A stretch of 64,000 nucleotides of DNA from Solimonas sp. (GCA_047605265.1 JASGFY010000008.1:22678-86677), one strand, 5' to 3'; counted from the stretch's first letter, positions 18,780 through 28,494 are shown. The notes: generated by a model from the letters alone, not told the origin. Program-made: numbers and translations.

Positions 18780-20978
18780 ATGCGCGTTCATCACGGCGTC
18801 GGGCACGTCGCGTTTTCTTTCTTGCTGCTGGTGCCGGCTGCGGCCATCGCCCAGCAGGCCGATACGCCGGCAGCCGCGGCGGACGTCGATACCGTCATCG
18901 TCACCGGCACGACCGATCAGTCGTACACCGTCGACAGCAGCGCCTCGGCCACCAGGCTGCCGCTGAGCCTGCGCGAGACGCCGCAGTCGGTCACCGTCAT
19001 CACGCGCGCGCGCCTGGACGACCAGAAGCTGACGACGGTGCGCGAGGTGCTCGACAACACGCCCGGTGTCTACTCGTTCCAGTACGACACCGAGCGCGTG
19101 CTGTTCACGGCGCGCGGCTTCACCATCGACAACCTGATGTATGACGGCGTGCCGGCGGCGACCAACTTCAATACCGATTCGGTCGAAGACGCGCTCGACA
19201 CGGCGTTCTACGACCGCATCGAGATCGTGCGCGGTGCGACCGGCCTGATGACCGGCGCCGGCAGCCCGGCGGCTTCGGTCAACCTCGTGCGCAAGCATGC
19301 CGACAGCCATGAGCTGGCCGGCGATTTCTCGTTCACGCAGGGCGCGTGGAACGACAGCCGCGTCGACGGCGACATCAGCGTGCCGCTGACGCCGGACGGC
19401 AAGGTGCGTGCGCGCGTCGTCGGCGCCTACCAGTACCGCGAGTCGTATCAGAATCTCTACAGCAACGAGAAGCAGCTGTTCTACGGCGTCATCGATGCCG
19501 ACCTGACGCCGCGCGCGAAGCTGTCGGTCGGTTACGACTACCAGAAGAACATGCCGCAGGGAAACACCTGGGGTTCGTTCCCGCTGTATTTCTCCGACGG
19601 CACGCAGACGAACTGGCCGACCTCGGTGACGACGGCGACCGACTGGTCGTTCTGGAACCGCAAGTACGAAACCGCGTTCGGCGAGCTGCGCTATCAGTTC
19701 GACGGCGGCTGGGCGCTGCGCTCGACGCTGAGCTGGCGGCGCTACAACGAAAGCAACGAGCTGTTCTACGTCTACGGCTTCCCGGATCCGGAGACCGGCA
19801 TCATTGCCGCCGATCCGGACGAGGGCACCGGCGGTTACGCCTATTCCGATCGCGCCAAGATCATCCAGCGCTCGGTCGATGTCTACGCCAGTGGTCCATT
19901 CTCGCTGTTCGGTCGCAAGCATGAACTCGTCGTCGGCTACAACGGCTCGCAGGTCGGCAACAACAGCACCGAGCGCAGCGCGCTGGAAGCGGACGCGGAC
20001 AGCGGCGTGCTGCCGTGGTCGGTCGACCTGTTCCACTGGGATGGCTCGTATCAGGAGCCGACGTTCATCGACCCGGTGCGCGTCACCGACCAGACGACGA
20101 AGCAGAACGGCTTGTATGCGGCCGCGCGCTTCAGCCTCCTCGACTCGCTGAAGCTGATCGCCGGCACCCGCTACGCGACCTGGAAGGTCGATTCGTACTA
20201 CCTGTACGACGATGTGCCCGAGAGCAACTACGACTACAAGAAGACCATCCCGTACGCCGGCCTGGTCTACGACCTCACCGACCAGTACTCCTTGTTTACG
20301 AGCTACACGGAAATCTTCAAACCGCAGAATGCGCGCGACATCAACGGCCACTATCTCGACCCGATCGACGGCCGCAGCTACGAGGTCGGCATCAAAGGTG
20401 CGCATTTCCACGGCAAGCTCAACAGCGCGCTGACGTTGTTCCGCACGCTGCAGAACAATGTCGCGGAGGCGGTCTACGACGAGGACGGCGAGGTCGTGAC
20501 GCTGGAGGATGGCTCCGATGCGTCGCAGCCGGTCGATGGGACGGTGTCGCGCGGTTTCGAATTCGAGCTGTCCGGCCAGCTGTACGAAGGCTGGAACGCG
20601 TCGCTGGGCTGGACGCGGTATCTGATCGAAGACGCCGATGGCCAGGCTTTCTACACCTTCGTGCCACGCACGCTGGTGCGTCTCTATACGAGCTGGACGC
20701 CGCGTGGTGCGCTGAACCGCCTGACGGTCGGCGGCGGCGTGAACTGGCAGTCCGACAGCAGTACGCAGGTCGGCTCGCCGGATGGCGGTGCGACGCTGCA
20801 CCAGGGCGACGTGACGCTGCTCGGTCTGATGGCGCGCTGGCAGTTCACGCCGCAGCTGTCGCTGCAGCTCAACGGCGACAATCTTCTCGACGAGAAGTAC
20901 TACGTGCTCGACGAGTACGACAACACCTACTACGGCGCACCGATCAGCTGGTCGGCATCGCTGCGCTTCAACTTCTAG
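18780..20978 (+). CDS. TonB-dependent ferri-siderophore receptor (FhuE/FpvA-like)
   Basis: SATRLPLSLRETPQSVTVI, YDRIEIVRGATGLMTGAG and C-terminal SLRFNF. Confidence 0.92.
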   Translation: MRVHHGVGHVAFSFLLLVPAAAIAQQADTPAAAADVDTVIVTGTTDQSYTVDSSASATRLPLSLRETPQSVTVITRARLDDQKLTTVREVLDNTPGVYSFQYDTERVLFTARGFTIDNLMYDGVPAATNFNTDSVEDALDTAFYDRIEIVRGATGLMTGAGSPAASVNLVRKHADSHELAGDFSFTQGAWNDSRVDGDISVPLTPDGKVRARVVGAYQYRESYQNLYSNEKQLFYGVIDADLTPRAKLSVGYDYQKNMPQGNTWGSFPLYFSDGTQTNWPTSVTTATDWSFWNRKYETAFGELRYQFDGGWALRSTLSWRRYNESNELFYVYGFPDPETGIIAADPDEGTGGYAYSDRAKIIQRSVDVYASGPFSLFGRKHELVVGYNGSQVGNNSTERSALEADADSGVLPWSVDLFHWDGSYQEPTFIDPVRVTDQTTKQNGLYAAARFSLLDSLKLIAGTRYATWKVDSYYLYDDVPESNYDYKKTIPYAGLVYDLTDQYSLFTSYTEIFKPQNARDINGHYLDPIDGRSYEVGIKGAHFHGKLNSALTLFRTLQNNVAEAVYDEDGEVVTLEDGSDASQPVDGTVSRGFEFELSGQLYEGWNASLGWTRYLIEDADGQAFYTFVPRTLVRLYTSWTPRGALNRLTVGGGVNWQSDSSTQVGSPDGGATLHQGDVTLLGLMARWQFTPQLSLQLNGDNLLDEKYYVLDEYDNTYYGAPISWSASLRFNF

Positions 20979-21000
20979 GCGTCCTGCAACGCTTCGATAT

Positions 21001-21124
21001 CGTCATTGCGAGGAGGCTGAAAGCCGACGAAGCAATCCAGCGAGCTGTTTGATCGGGCCGTGTCGCTGGATTGCTTCGTTCCCTCGACAAGCTCGGGACA
21101 GGCGCTGCGTTTCTCGCAATGACG
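21001..21124. repeat. CGTC-type palindromic REP/MITE-like dimer with nested insert
   Basis: Terminal inverted repeat CGTCATTGCGAG/CTCGCAATGACG, inner inverted repeat GAAGCAATCCAGCGA/TCGCTGGATTGCTTC and an inner CCCTCGACAAGCTCGGGACAGG segment. Lies between convergent genes. Confidence 0.8.
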
Positions 21125-21133
21125 GAGTGGGCG

Positions 21134-22126
21134 TCAGGCGGCACTGTCCGGCCGCTGCGCGTAGCGCCGCGCGATCACCGAGCAGACGATCAGCTGCAGC
21201 TGGTGGTAGATCATGATCGGCAGCATGATCAGGCCGAGCGCGCCGCCGCCCGCCGCACTGGAGTGGCCGAAGATCAGCGCCGCCATCGGCGCGCCGGCGG
21301 CGATGCTCTTCTTCGAGCCGCAGAACACGGCGGCGATCTCATCTTCGGTGTCGAACGCGAAGCGCCGGGCGACGAGGTGCGTCAGCCACAGCACGAAGGC
21401 GAGCAGGCCGCCGGTCATCGCTGCGGTCGCGAGCAGCGGCGCCACGCCGTAGCGCGTCCACACGCCGGCGGCCGTGGCGTCGCAGAACGAGTTGAAGACG
21501 ATCAGCACGATGACGCCGCGATCGATCTTGTTCGTGACGTTCTTGTGGCGCGCGATCCAGTCGCCGATCCACGGCCGCAGCAGCTGGCCGGCGACGAACG
21601 GCAGCAGCAGCTGCTCGCCGATCTTGATCAGCTGGTCGACGAGCGGCGCGCCCTGGCTCGCCGCCTGCAGCCAGAGACTGATGTAGAGCGGTGTCAGCAC
21701 CATGCCGATCAGGCTCGACAGCGTTGCGTTGAACACCGCGCCGGCGATGTTGCCGCGCGCCATCGCCGTCATCGCGACCGACGACGACACCGTCGACGGC
21801 AGCACGCACAGATAGAAGAAGCCGAGCGCCAGCTCGCGCGGCAGCCAGCGGCCGACGAGCGCGATGACGGCGAGGCCGACCAGCGGAAACACCGCGAACG
21901 TGAACAGCTGCACGAACAGGTGCAGGCGCCAGTTGGCGGCGCCGGCCTTCAGCCTGTCGGTCGACAGGCCGGCGCCGCTGAGCAGGAAGACGACCGCGAC
22001 GCCGGCCACCGTCAGTCGATCGAGATGCAGCGCGCCACCGCTGACGCCGAGCTGCGGAACGAGCAGGGCGACGATGATCGCCGTCAGCATCGACGCGAGA
22101 AAGCCGTCGAGAAAGGGGATGCGCAT
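21134..22126 (-). CDS. Bile acid:sodium symporter family transporter
   Basis: FLLSGAGLST, LCVLPSTVSSSVAMT, ARGNIAGAVFNATLS, FCGSKKS and IMIYHQLQL. Confidence 0.92.
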   Translation of the reverse strand: MRIPFLDGFLASMLTAIIVALLVPQLGVSGGALHLDRLTVAGVAVVFLLSGAGLSTDRLKAGAANWRLHLFVQLFTFAVFPLVGLAVIALVGRWLPRELALGFFYLCVLPSTVSSSVAMTAMARGNIAGAVFNATLSSLIGMVLTPLYISLWLQAASQGAPLVDQLIKIGEQLLLPFVAGQLLRPWIGDWIARHKNVTNKIDRGVIVLIVFNSFCDATAAGVWTRYGVAPLLATAAMTGGLLAFVLWLTHLVARRFAFDTEDEIAAVFCGSKKSIAAGAPMAALIFGHSSAAGGGALGLIMLPIMIYHQLQLIVCSVIARRYAQRPDSAA

Positions 22127-22194
22127 GGCAGGACCGGAAAATGGGGCGCGCGTATTGTAGGCAGCCGCATCTGCCATGTCGTAAACCGCTCGGT

Positions 22195-23676
22195 CTATAG
22201 ATAGGGCGAAAACAGCCAGCACAGCGCGTTGCGCAGCCGGCGCGCGAACGGCGGATGGCGGGCGTCGCGCAGCAGCAGTTCGTCGGCCCGCTGCCACAGC
22301 TCGGCGAAGTGCACGGCCATGCGCTGCGCGAATGCGCCGTCGTAGATTTCGACGTTGAGCTCGAAGTTCAGCAGCAGGCTGCGCGGGTCCCAGTTGGCGC
22401 TGCCGATCATCGTGTACGCGCCGTCGATGACGAGCATCTTGGCGTGGCTGAACGGTCCGGGCTGGAAGCGCACGCGCACGCCGCGTTCCAGCAAATGGTC
22501 GAGCTGATGGCGGGCCGCCCAGTCGACGTACGGCAGGTTGTTCTTCGCCGGCAGCAGCACGACGGTGCGCACGCCGCGCAGCGCGGCGCCCTGCAGCGCG
22601 GCGATCAACTCGGCCGACGGCAGGAAGTACGGCGTCATGATCAGGATTTCGCGCCGTGCGGCGGCGATCGCCGACTGCAGCACGAAGTTCAGCTGATCGA
22701 GATCCTCGTTCGGACCGTCGGTGATGACGCGACAGACCGGCGCGCCGCCGTAGCCGACTTCGGTCGGCGGCACGGCCAGACGCTCGTGCGTCGTGAACGC
22801 CCAGTCGTCGGCGAACACCTCGGCCATCTGCCGCACGATCGGGCCGCGCAGTTCGAAATGCAGATCGACGGTCGGATGGCGGTTGCGCGGGTCGCTGACG
22901 CAATGCCGCGCGCTGATGTTCATGCCGCCGGTGAACGCGCGCTCGTGATCGACGAGCAGCAGCTTGCGGTGATTGCGCAGGTTCAGATGCAGCGACGGCG
23001 GCACGATGCGCAGCGGATTGAAGCGCGCGAACGGCACGCCGCCGCGCTTCAGGCGCCGGCCGATGCGCGGCAGCGAATAACGCTCGCCGACGTCGTCGAG
23101 CAGCACGCGCACCTGCACGCCGCGCCGCTGCGCGGCGATCAATGCATCGGCGAACGCACGGCCGGACGTGTCGTTGTCGAACAGATAGCTCGCCAGCCAG
23201 ATGACCTCGCGCGCCGTGGCGATCGCCTGCAGCATGCGCGGGAACGCCTGCTCGCCATTGTGCAGCGCCTCGATCGCATTGCCGCCGAGCAGCGGCCGTC
23301 GCGTCAGCACGTCGGCGGTGCGCGCGACTTCTTCGAGCCACGGCGGCAGCGGCGGATGTCCCGGCGGCCGGTTGCGCGCGTCGTGCGCGTGCGCGGGGCC
23401 GATCTCGCGGCCGCCGCGGTTCGCCGCATAGCGCCTGGCGCGCGTGCGGATGCGGTTGATGCCGAAGAAGAAGTACAGCAGCGGTCCGGCGAGCGGAAAC
23501 AGCCAGCAGACGGCGATCCAGCCCCAGGCGGCGCGCGCGTCGCGCTTCCTCAGCAGCGCGTGGCCGGCGGCGAATACCGCGACCAGCGGCCACAGCGCGA
23601 TCAGCACGGCGAGCCAGTCGATCTGCGCGAACCATTGCTGGAGCGCCGTGCCCCCGTGCCCCGGCATGGCGCTCAT
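22195..23676 (-). CDS. cls: Cardiolipin synthase / PLD family
   Basis: N-terminal TM hairpin and two HKD motifs (NHRKLLLVD, SHAKMLVID). Start overlaps the upstream gene stop (ATGA). Confidence 0.92.
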   Translation of the reverse strand: MSAMPGHGGTALQQWFAQIDWLAVLIALWPLVAVFAAGHALLRKRDARAAWGWIAVCWLFPLAGPLLYFFFGINRIRTRARRYAANRGGREIGPAHAHDARNRPPGHPPLPPWLEEVARTADVLTRRPLLGGNAIEALHNGEQAFPRMLQAIATAREVIWLASYLFDNDTSGRAFADALIAAQRRGVQVRVLLDDVGERYSLPRIGRRLKRGGVPFARFNPLRIVPPSLHLNLRNHRKLLLVDHERAFTGGMNISARHCVSDPRNRHPTVDLHFELRGPIVRQMAEVFADDWAFTTHERLAVPPTEVGYGGAPVCRVITDGPNEDLDQLNFVLQSAIAAARREILIMTPYFLPSAELIAALQGAALRGVRTVVLLPAKNNLPYVDWAARHQLDHLLERGVRVRFQPGPFSHAKMLVIDGAYTMIGSANWDPRSLLLNFELNVEIYDGAFAQRMAVHFAELWQRADELLLRDARHPPFARRLRNALCWLFSPYL

Positions 23677-24473
23677 GCCGGTGGCAGCAGCAGTTCGGCG
23701 GCGACCGCGAGGTGGTCGGACAGCGGCGTCGGCACGACGTGACTGTGCGCGATGGCCAGTCCCGGCGTCGCCAGCACGTGATCGAGGCGGCGCTGCGGCT
23801 TCCAGCTCGGGAACGTCGGCGCACCGTTGACGGGCTGCAGGCCGATCGCACCGAACGGCGGGTGCGTCAGCAGCTCGGACGTTTCGCAGTTCAGGTCGCC
23901 GAGCAACAGCAGCTCGCTGTGCTTGGGCGCCAGCGTGGCCAGATAGTCGAGCTGGCGCTGCCGCGAGGCGCGGCTCAGCGCCAGGTGCGTGACGATCGCG
24001 CGCACCGGCCGGTGGCCGGGTTCGACGAGCGTCGCGGCCAGCGCGCCGCGGCCCGGCACGCGACCGGGCAGCGCATGATGTTCGCTGTCGAGCAGCGGCA
24101 GACGCGACAGAAAGCCGAGGCAATGCTGCGCGAACGGCCCGAGATTGCGGTTGACGGCGGCGCGCCAGTGCGGGAGGCCGGCTTGCCGCGCGAGGTATTC
24201 GACCTGGTTCAGCTGGGCCGTGCGCAGGCTGCCGGCATCGGCCTCCTGCAAGGCGATGAGATCGAACTGCGACGCCAGTTCGGCGATGCGATCGAGATTG
24301 CCGCGCACGTTGCGCGACGGCAGCACGTGGCGCCAGGCGCCGGTGACGTAGTGGCCGTAGTGCGCGGTTTGCAGGCCGACCTGGATGTTCAGCGTCAGCA
24401 CGCGCAGGCGCCGGCGTTCGCTTGCCGTGGCCGCTCTCGCGTCTGTCCTGCCCGCCGGTTCGTTGCTCGCCAT
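23673..24473 (-). CDS. Endonuclease/exonuclease/phosphatase (EEP) family protein
   Basis: VLTLNIQ, DLIALQEAD, HLAL, GDLNC, RLDHV and SDHLAV. Confidence 0.9.
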   Translation of the reverse strand: MASNEPAGRTDARAATASERRRLRVLTLNIQVGLQTAHYGHYVTGAWRHVLPSRNVRGNLDRIAELASQFDLIALQEADAGSLRTAQLNQVEYLARQAGLPHWRAAVNRNLGPFAQHCLGFLSRLPLLDSEHHALPGRVPGRGALAATLVEPGHRPVRAIVTHLALSRASRQRQLDYLATLAPKHSELLLLGDLNCETSELLTHPPFGAIGLQPVNGAPTFPSWKPQRRLDHVLATPGLAIAHSHVVPTPLSDHLAVAAELLLPPA

Positions 24474-24560
24474 GCGCCTCTCCGCCCGGCATTATGCGGG
24501 CCGCGCCGGCAAAGCCAAGCGACGGCTCGCCGTCGTCGTCCGGCGCCGCAGGCGCGGCGC

Positions 24561-26018
24561 TTACTGCGTCTTCATCATCATGCGCAGGATCGCGCGCGTC
24601 TTGCCGGTGTACGGCGGATACAGCAGCGTGGCGATGTTGATGCGCGTGCGCACGACGGCGCGCTCGTGCGAGAAGGCCTTGAAGCCATGGATGCCGTGCG
24701 CCGAGCCGATGCCGGAGTTGTTGACGCCGCCGAACGGCAGGTTGCCCTGGGCATACTGCATGACGACGTGGTTGATGCAGGTGCCGCCGGCCGTCGTGCG
24801 CTTGAGCACGCGCTGAATGTTCGCCTCGTTCTTGCTCCAGATGTACAGCGCCAGCGGCTTGGGCTGCGCGTTGATGGCGGCGATGACCGCGTCGAGATCG
24901 CGGTAGCCGAGCACCGGCAGCAGCGGGCCGAAGATTTCCTCGCGCTGGATCCTGGCGTCGGCGGGGATGTTGTCGAGCAGCGTCGGCTGGATGAAGCATT
25001 CGTTTTCGACGATCTCGCCGCCGAACAGGACCCGTGCACCGCGCTGCTTCGCGTCGTCGAGCAGCCCGGCGATGCGCTGCGTATGGCGCGCGTTGACGAC
25101 GCGCGCGAGGTGCGGGCTCTGTCGCTGCGCGGCGGCGCTGTCGCCGTAGCTGTTCTTCAGCACGGCGACGCATTCGCCGACGAAGGCGTCCTTCACCGAT
25201 TCGTGCACGTAGAGGTAGTCCGGTGCGATGCAGGTCTGGCCATTGTTGGTGTACTTGCCCCACATGATCGTGCGCGCCGCGGCCTTGAGGTCGGCGGTGG
25301 CGTCGACGATCGTCGGCGATTTGCCGCCGAGTTCGAGCGTCACCGAGCTGAGGTGCCTGGCGGCGGCGGCCATCACCACCTTGCCGATCGCCGGCGAGCC
25401 GGTGAAGAAAATGTGGTCGAACGGCAGCGCGAGCAGCGCCGTCGACACCGACGCGTCGCCCTCGAAGATCGCGACCTCGTCGGCCGGGAACAGATCGCGG
25501 ACGATCTTCGTCATCAGCGTCGACAGATGCGGCGTCATCTCCGACGGCTTGAGGATCGCCGTGTTGCCGGCGGCGATCGCCGACACCAGCGGACCGAACG
25601 TCAGGTTCACCGGGTAATTCCACGGCGAGATGATCAGGCAGCGCCCCTTGGGCTCGTACTGCATCCAGCCCTGGGTGCCGATGGTCATCCGCGACGGCCA
25701 CACGCGCACCGGCTTCATCCATTGCTTCACGCTGCGCATGGCGTGCTTGGCCTCGGCGACGACCGGCAGGATCTCGGTTAGATCGACCTCGGCCGGCGGT
25801 TTCCTGAAGTCGGCGTAACCGGCGGCGTAGAACGCTTCGCGGTGCGCGAGCACGGCGTCGAGCAGGCGCCGGATCCTGGCGACGCGCTCTTTCGCGGTCG
25901 AGGTGCGCAGGCGCAGCGCGGTCGGCAGCTGCGCGTCGAACGCGCGCGCGATATCGGCATCGAGGGCGGCCGCGGCGGTGCCCGCCGCGCCGGGCAGATA
26001 GGAAACGACGGTATTCAT
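24561..26018 (-). CDS. Aldehyde dehydrogenase (ALDH3 / fatty- or coniferyl-aldehyde dehydrogenase-like)
   Basis: ISPWNYP, LKPSE, FTGS, LELGGKSP, catalytic GQTCIAPDY, EEIFGP and FGGVNNSG. Confidence 0.93.
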   Translation of the reverse strand: MNTVVSYLPGAAGTAAAALDADIARAFDAQLPTALRLRTSTAKERVARIRRLLDAVLAHREAFYAAGYADFRKPPAEVDLTEILPVVAEAKHAMRSVKQWMKPVRVWPSRMTIGTQGWMQYEPKGRCLIISPWNYPVNLTFGPLVSAIAAGNTAILKPSEMTPHLSTLMTKIVRDLFPADEVAIFEGDASVSTALLALPFDHIFFTGSPAIGKVVMAAAARHLSSVTLELGGKSPTIVDATADLKAAARTIMWGKYTNNGQTCIAPDYLYVHESVKDAFVGECVAVLKNSYGDSAAAQRQSPHLARVVNARHTQRIAGLLDDAKQRGARVLFGGEIVENECFIQPTLLDNIPADARIQREEIFGPLLPVLGYRDLDAVIAAINAQPKPLALYIWSKNEANIQRVLKRTTAGGTCINHVVMQYAQGNLPFGGVNNSGIGSAHGIHGFKAFSHERAVVRTRINIATLLYPPYTGKTRAILRMMMKTQ

Positions 26019-26253
26019 GGCTTGCGCTCCTGCGTCGCGAAAAGAATAAAGGCCCGGCTCGAATGGGGTCCGGCTCGAATTGAACACCCGTTTTTTCGCG
26101 AGTATAGGCATGCGCCGGTGGCGCGGCGACGGCGTGGCGGCCATGCCGGCTTGGCCGCGCCGACAGGCCGTCGCGGGCGGCGAACACTGCCAGCGTCGCT
26201 CGTGGCGCCTACACTGTGCCGACAACGCACTAGAAACCGATCTGGCAGGGGAA

Positions 26254-27640
26254 CTGAAGCCGCTCAAGCCACTCGACGCCGCATGGCTGTACGTCGATAC
26301 GCGCGCCACGCCGATGCAGGTGGGCTGTCTGGCGATCTTCTCGCTGCCGGCCAAGGCCGGCGCGCAGTTCCTCAGGAAGCAGGTCGACAGACTGCGCGCG
26401 GCGCGCGAATTCGCCTATCCGTTCAACCTGCGCCTCGCCGCGCCGCGGCTGCGCTTCGTGCTGCCGGTCTGGGAGATCGACCGGCAGATCGATCTCGAAA
26501 TACCACTTCCGCCATTCCGCGTTGCCGGCGCCGGGCGGCGAGCGCGAACTCGGCGTGCTCGTCTCGCGCCTGCACTCGAACGCGATGGACTTCAGCCGCC
26601 CGCTGTGGGAATGCCATCTGATCGAGGGACTCGAGAACCGCCGCTTCGCGCTCTACATGAAGATGCATCACTCGCTGGTTGACGGCATCGGCGGCATGCG
26701 CATGCTGTCGGCCGATCCGCAGGCGCGCGACTTGCCGCCGCCGTGGTCGGTCGGCGCCGGCAGCGGCGGCCGCGAGAAACGCGACGCGCCGGCGTCGGCG
26801 CCGCTGCGGGGCCTGCTCGACGGGCTGCGCGCGCAGCTGAAGACCGTGCCCGGCGTGACGCGCGCGTTCGGCGAACTGATGCGCGAGGCCGTCAGGCATG
26901 AGGAGAAGGACTGGGCGCTGCTGTTCAGCGGTCCGCGCTCGGCGCTCAACGGCAAGGTGTCCGGCCAGCGCCGCTTCGCGACGCAGCATTATTCGCTGGA
27001 CCGCGTGCGGAGCGTCGCCAAGGCCGCCGACGTCACCGTCAACGACGTGTTCCTCGAAGTCTGCGCCGGCTCGATCCGCCGCTACCTGGCCGAGATCGGC
27101 GCGCTGCCGCAACAGCCGCTGACCGCCGGCGTGCCGGTGTCGGTGCGCCCGGCCGGCGACGATCACGCCGGCAATGCCATCAGCTTCATCATCGCCAATC
27201 TCAACACGCACATCGCCGATCCGCTCGAGCGCATCCGCGCCATCCACGAGTCGGCCCAGCACGCCAAGCAGCATCTGCAGAAACTGCCGAAGGCCGGCAT
27301 CGACAACTACACCGCGCTGTTCATGGCGCCGTTCATGGCGCAGCTGCTGTCCGGCCTCGGCGGACACCTGCGGCCGATGTTCAACCTCACGGTGTCGAAC
27401 GTGCCGGGTCCGGACCGGCCGCTGTACTTCAACGGTGCGAAGATGGAACAGATGTATCCGGTCTCGCTGCTCGCGCACGGCCAGGCGCTGAACATCACCG
27501 CCTTCAGCTACGCCGGACAGTTCAACGTCGGGTTCACCGGCTGCCGCGACACGCTGCCGAGCATGCAGCGGCTGTCGGTCTACGCGGGCGAGGCGCTCGA
27601 CGAGCTGGAACGCGTGCTGGGGCTGGAGAAAGGCGGGTAG
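26254..27640 (+). pseudogene. Wax ester synthase/diacylglycerol acyltransferase (WS/DGAT), frameshifted
   Basis: Frame 1 gives KPLDAAWLYVDTRATPMQVG...IDLE. One extra A near 26497-26500 shifts to YHFRHSALPAPG...MHHSLVDGIGG (HHxxxDG active site)...SNVPGP. Apparent start codon is CTG. Confidence 0.8.
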
Positions 27641-27713
27641 GGCGAGTTTGTGGAAAAGCGACGCCTGATCCGAGAGTGGAGCGGCCGTCCCCGGCGGGGC
27701 TGCAATGCTCGAT

Positions 27714-27845
27714 TTACGCCCTCCACAGGTGCATGCCGTACTTCCAGTCGGCGGCTTCGCCGACGACCGACTTGAAGATCTGGAACTGGCGTCCGTCCAT
27801 CGCCTTGGTATAGCCGAAGCCGATGTCCACGCTGAGAACCTTCAC
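27714..27845 (-). pseudogene. 43-aa N-terminal fragment of a ParM/StbA-like actin-family ATPase
   Basis: GTG start after an AGGGGGAG RBS. Translates MKVLSVDIGFGYTKAMDGRQFQIFKSVVGEAADWKYGMHLWRA*, with phosphate-1 motif DIGFGYTK. Not in the ORF track. Confidence 0.65.
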
Positions 27846-27957
27846 GTGTCGCTCCCCCCTTGCCCGCCGCCTGCCCGAATGTTTCCAGCGTGGTTTCCAG
27901 CCCGCGGATTTTCAGAAGACAAAAACGTTTGGCCGGAGCGCCGCTGCACGCCGGCCG

Positions 27958-28344
27958 TCAGCCGCCCGTCGTTCGATCCGGGCGGTGCTCGACGAAATTG
28001 ACGACGGTGCCGGCCGGATCGACCAGCGCGAACGAACGCTCGCCGTTGGCGAACGCGCGCATCGGCCCGAGCGGCGGCAGCCCGCGCGCGATCAAGGCCG
28101 CGTAGTCGGCCAGCACGTCTTCGGTCTCGATGGCGATGCACAGGCCGCGCGTCGTCGTCGTGTGCTGGAAGACCGGCAGGCGCGTCTGCTGGTGCGGCAT
28201 GAGGAAACCGATCTCCCAGCCGCGGAAGCTGACGTGCGCATACCAGTCGGCGCGGAACACGATGCGCGCATCGAGCGCGCGCCGGTAGAAATCGCAGCAG
28301 GCGGCGATCTCCGGCGTCGTGACGATGGCGTAGACGTTTCTCAT
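27958..28344 (-). CDS. VOC/glyoxalase family protein
   Basis: CDFYRRALD, IAIETEDV and GERSFALVDPAGTVVNF. Confidence 0.85.
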   Translation of the reverse strand: MRNVYAIVTTPEIAACCDFYRRALDARIVFRADWYAHVSFRGWEIGFLMPHQQTRLPVFQHTTTTRGLCIAIETEDVLADYAALIARGLPPLGPMRAFANGERSFALVDPAGTVVNFVEHRPDRTTGG

Positions 28345-28494
28345 GCGGACGCGATCCGCCGGCGGATGCGCGGCACGCGCGTTGCATGGCGCGCGTCGGC
28401 GCCGCGGCTCCCGTTCCCGCCCATCTCCCAGCCCCTTTGCCGACTTCTGCCCGATTCCGCCCCGTGCCGCACGGACGCCCGATACAATATACGG

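Noticed and set aside
22195-26187. 1330-aa ORF appearing to be a giant cardiolipin synthase fusion
   Set aside because: Only 22195-23676 is Cls. The upstream part is an off-frame read-through over the EEP and ALDH genes. The same applies to the ORF-track extensions of glmS, pdxH, acuI, dapF, ubiJ and the IMPase.
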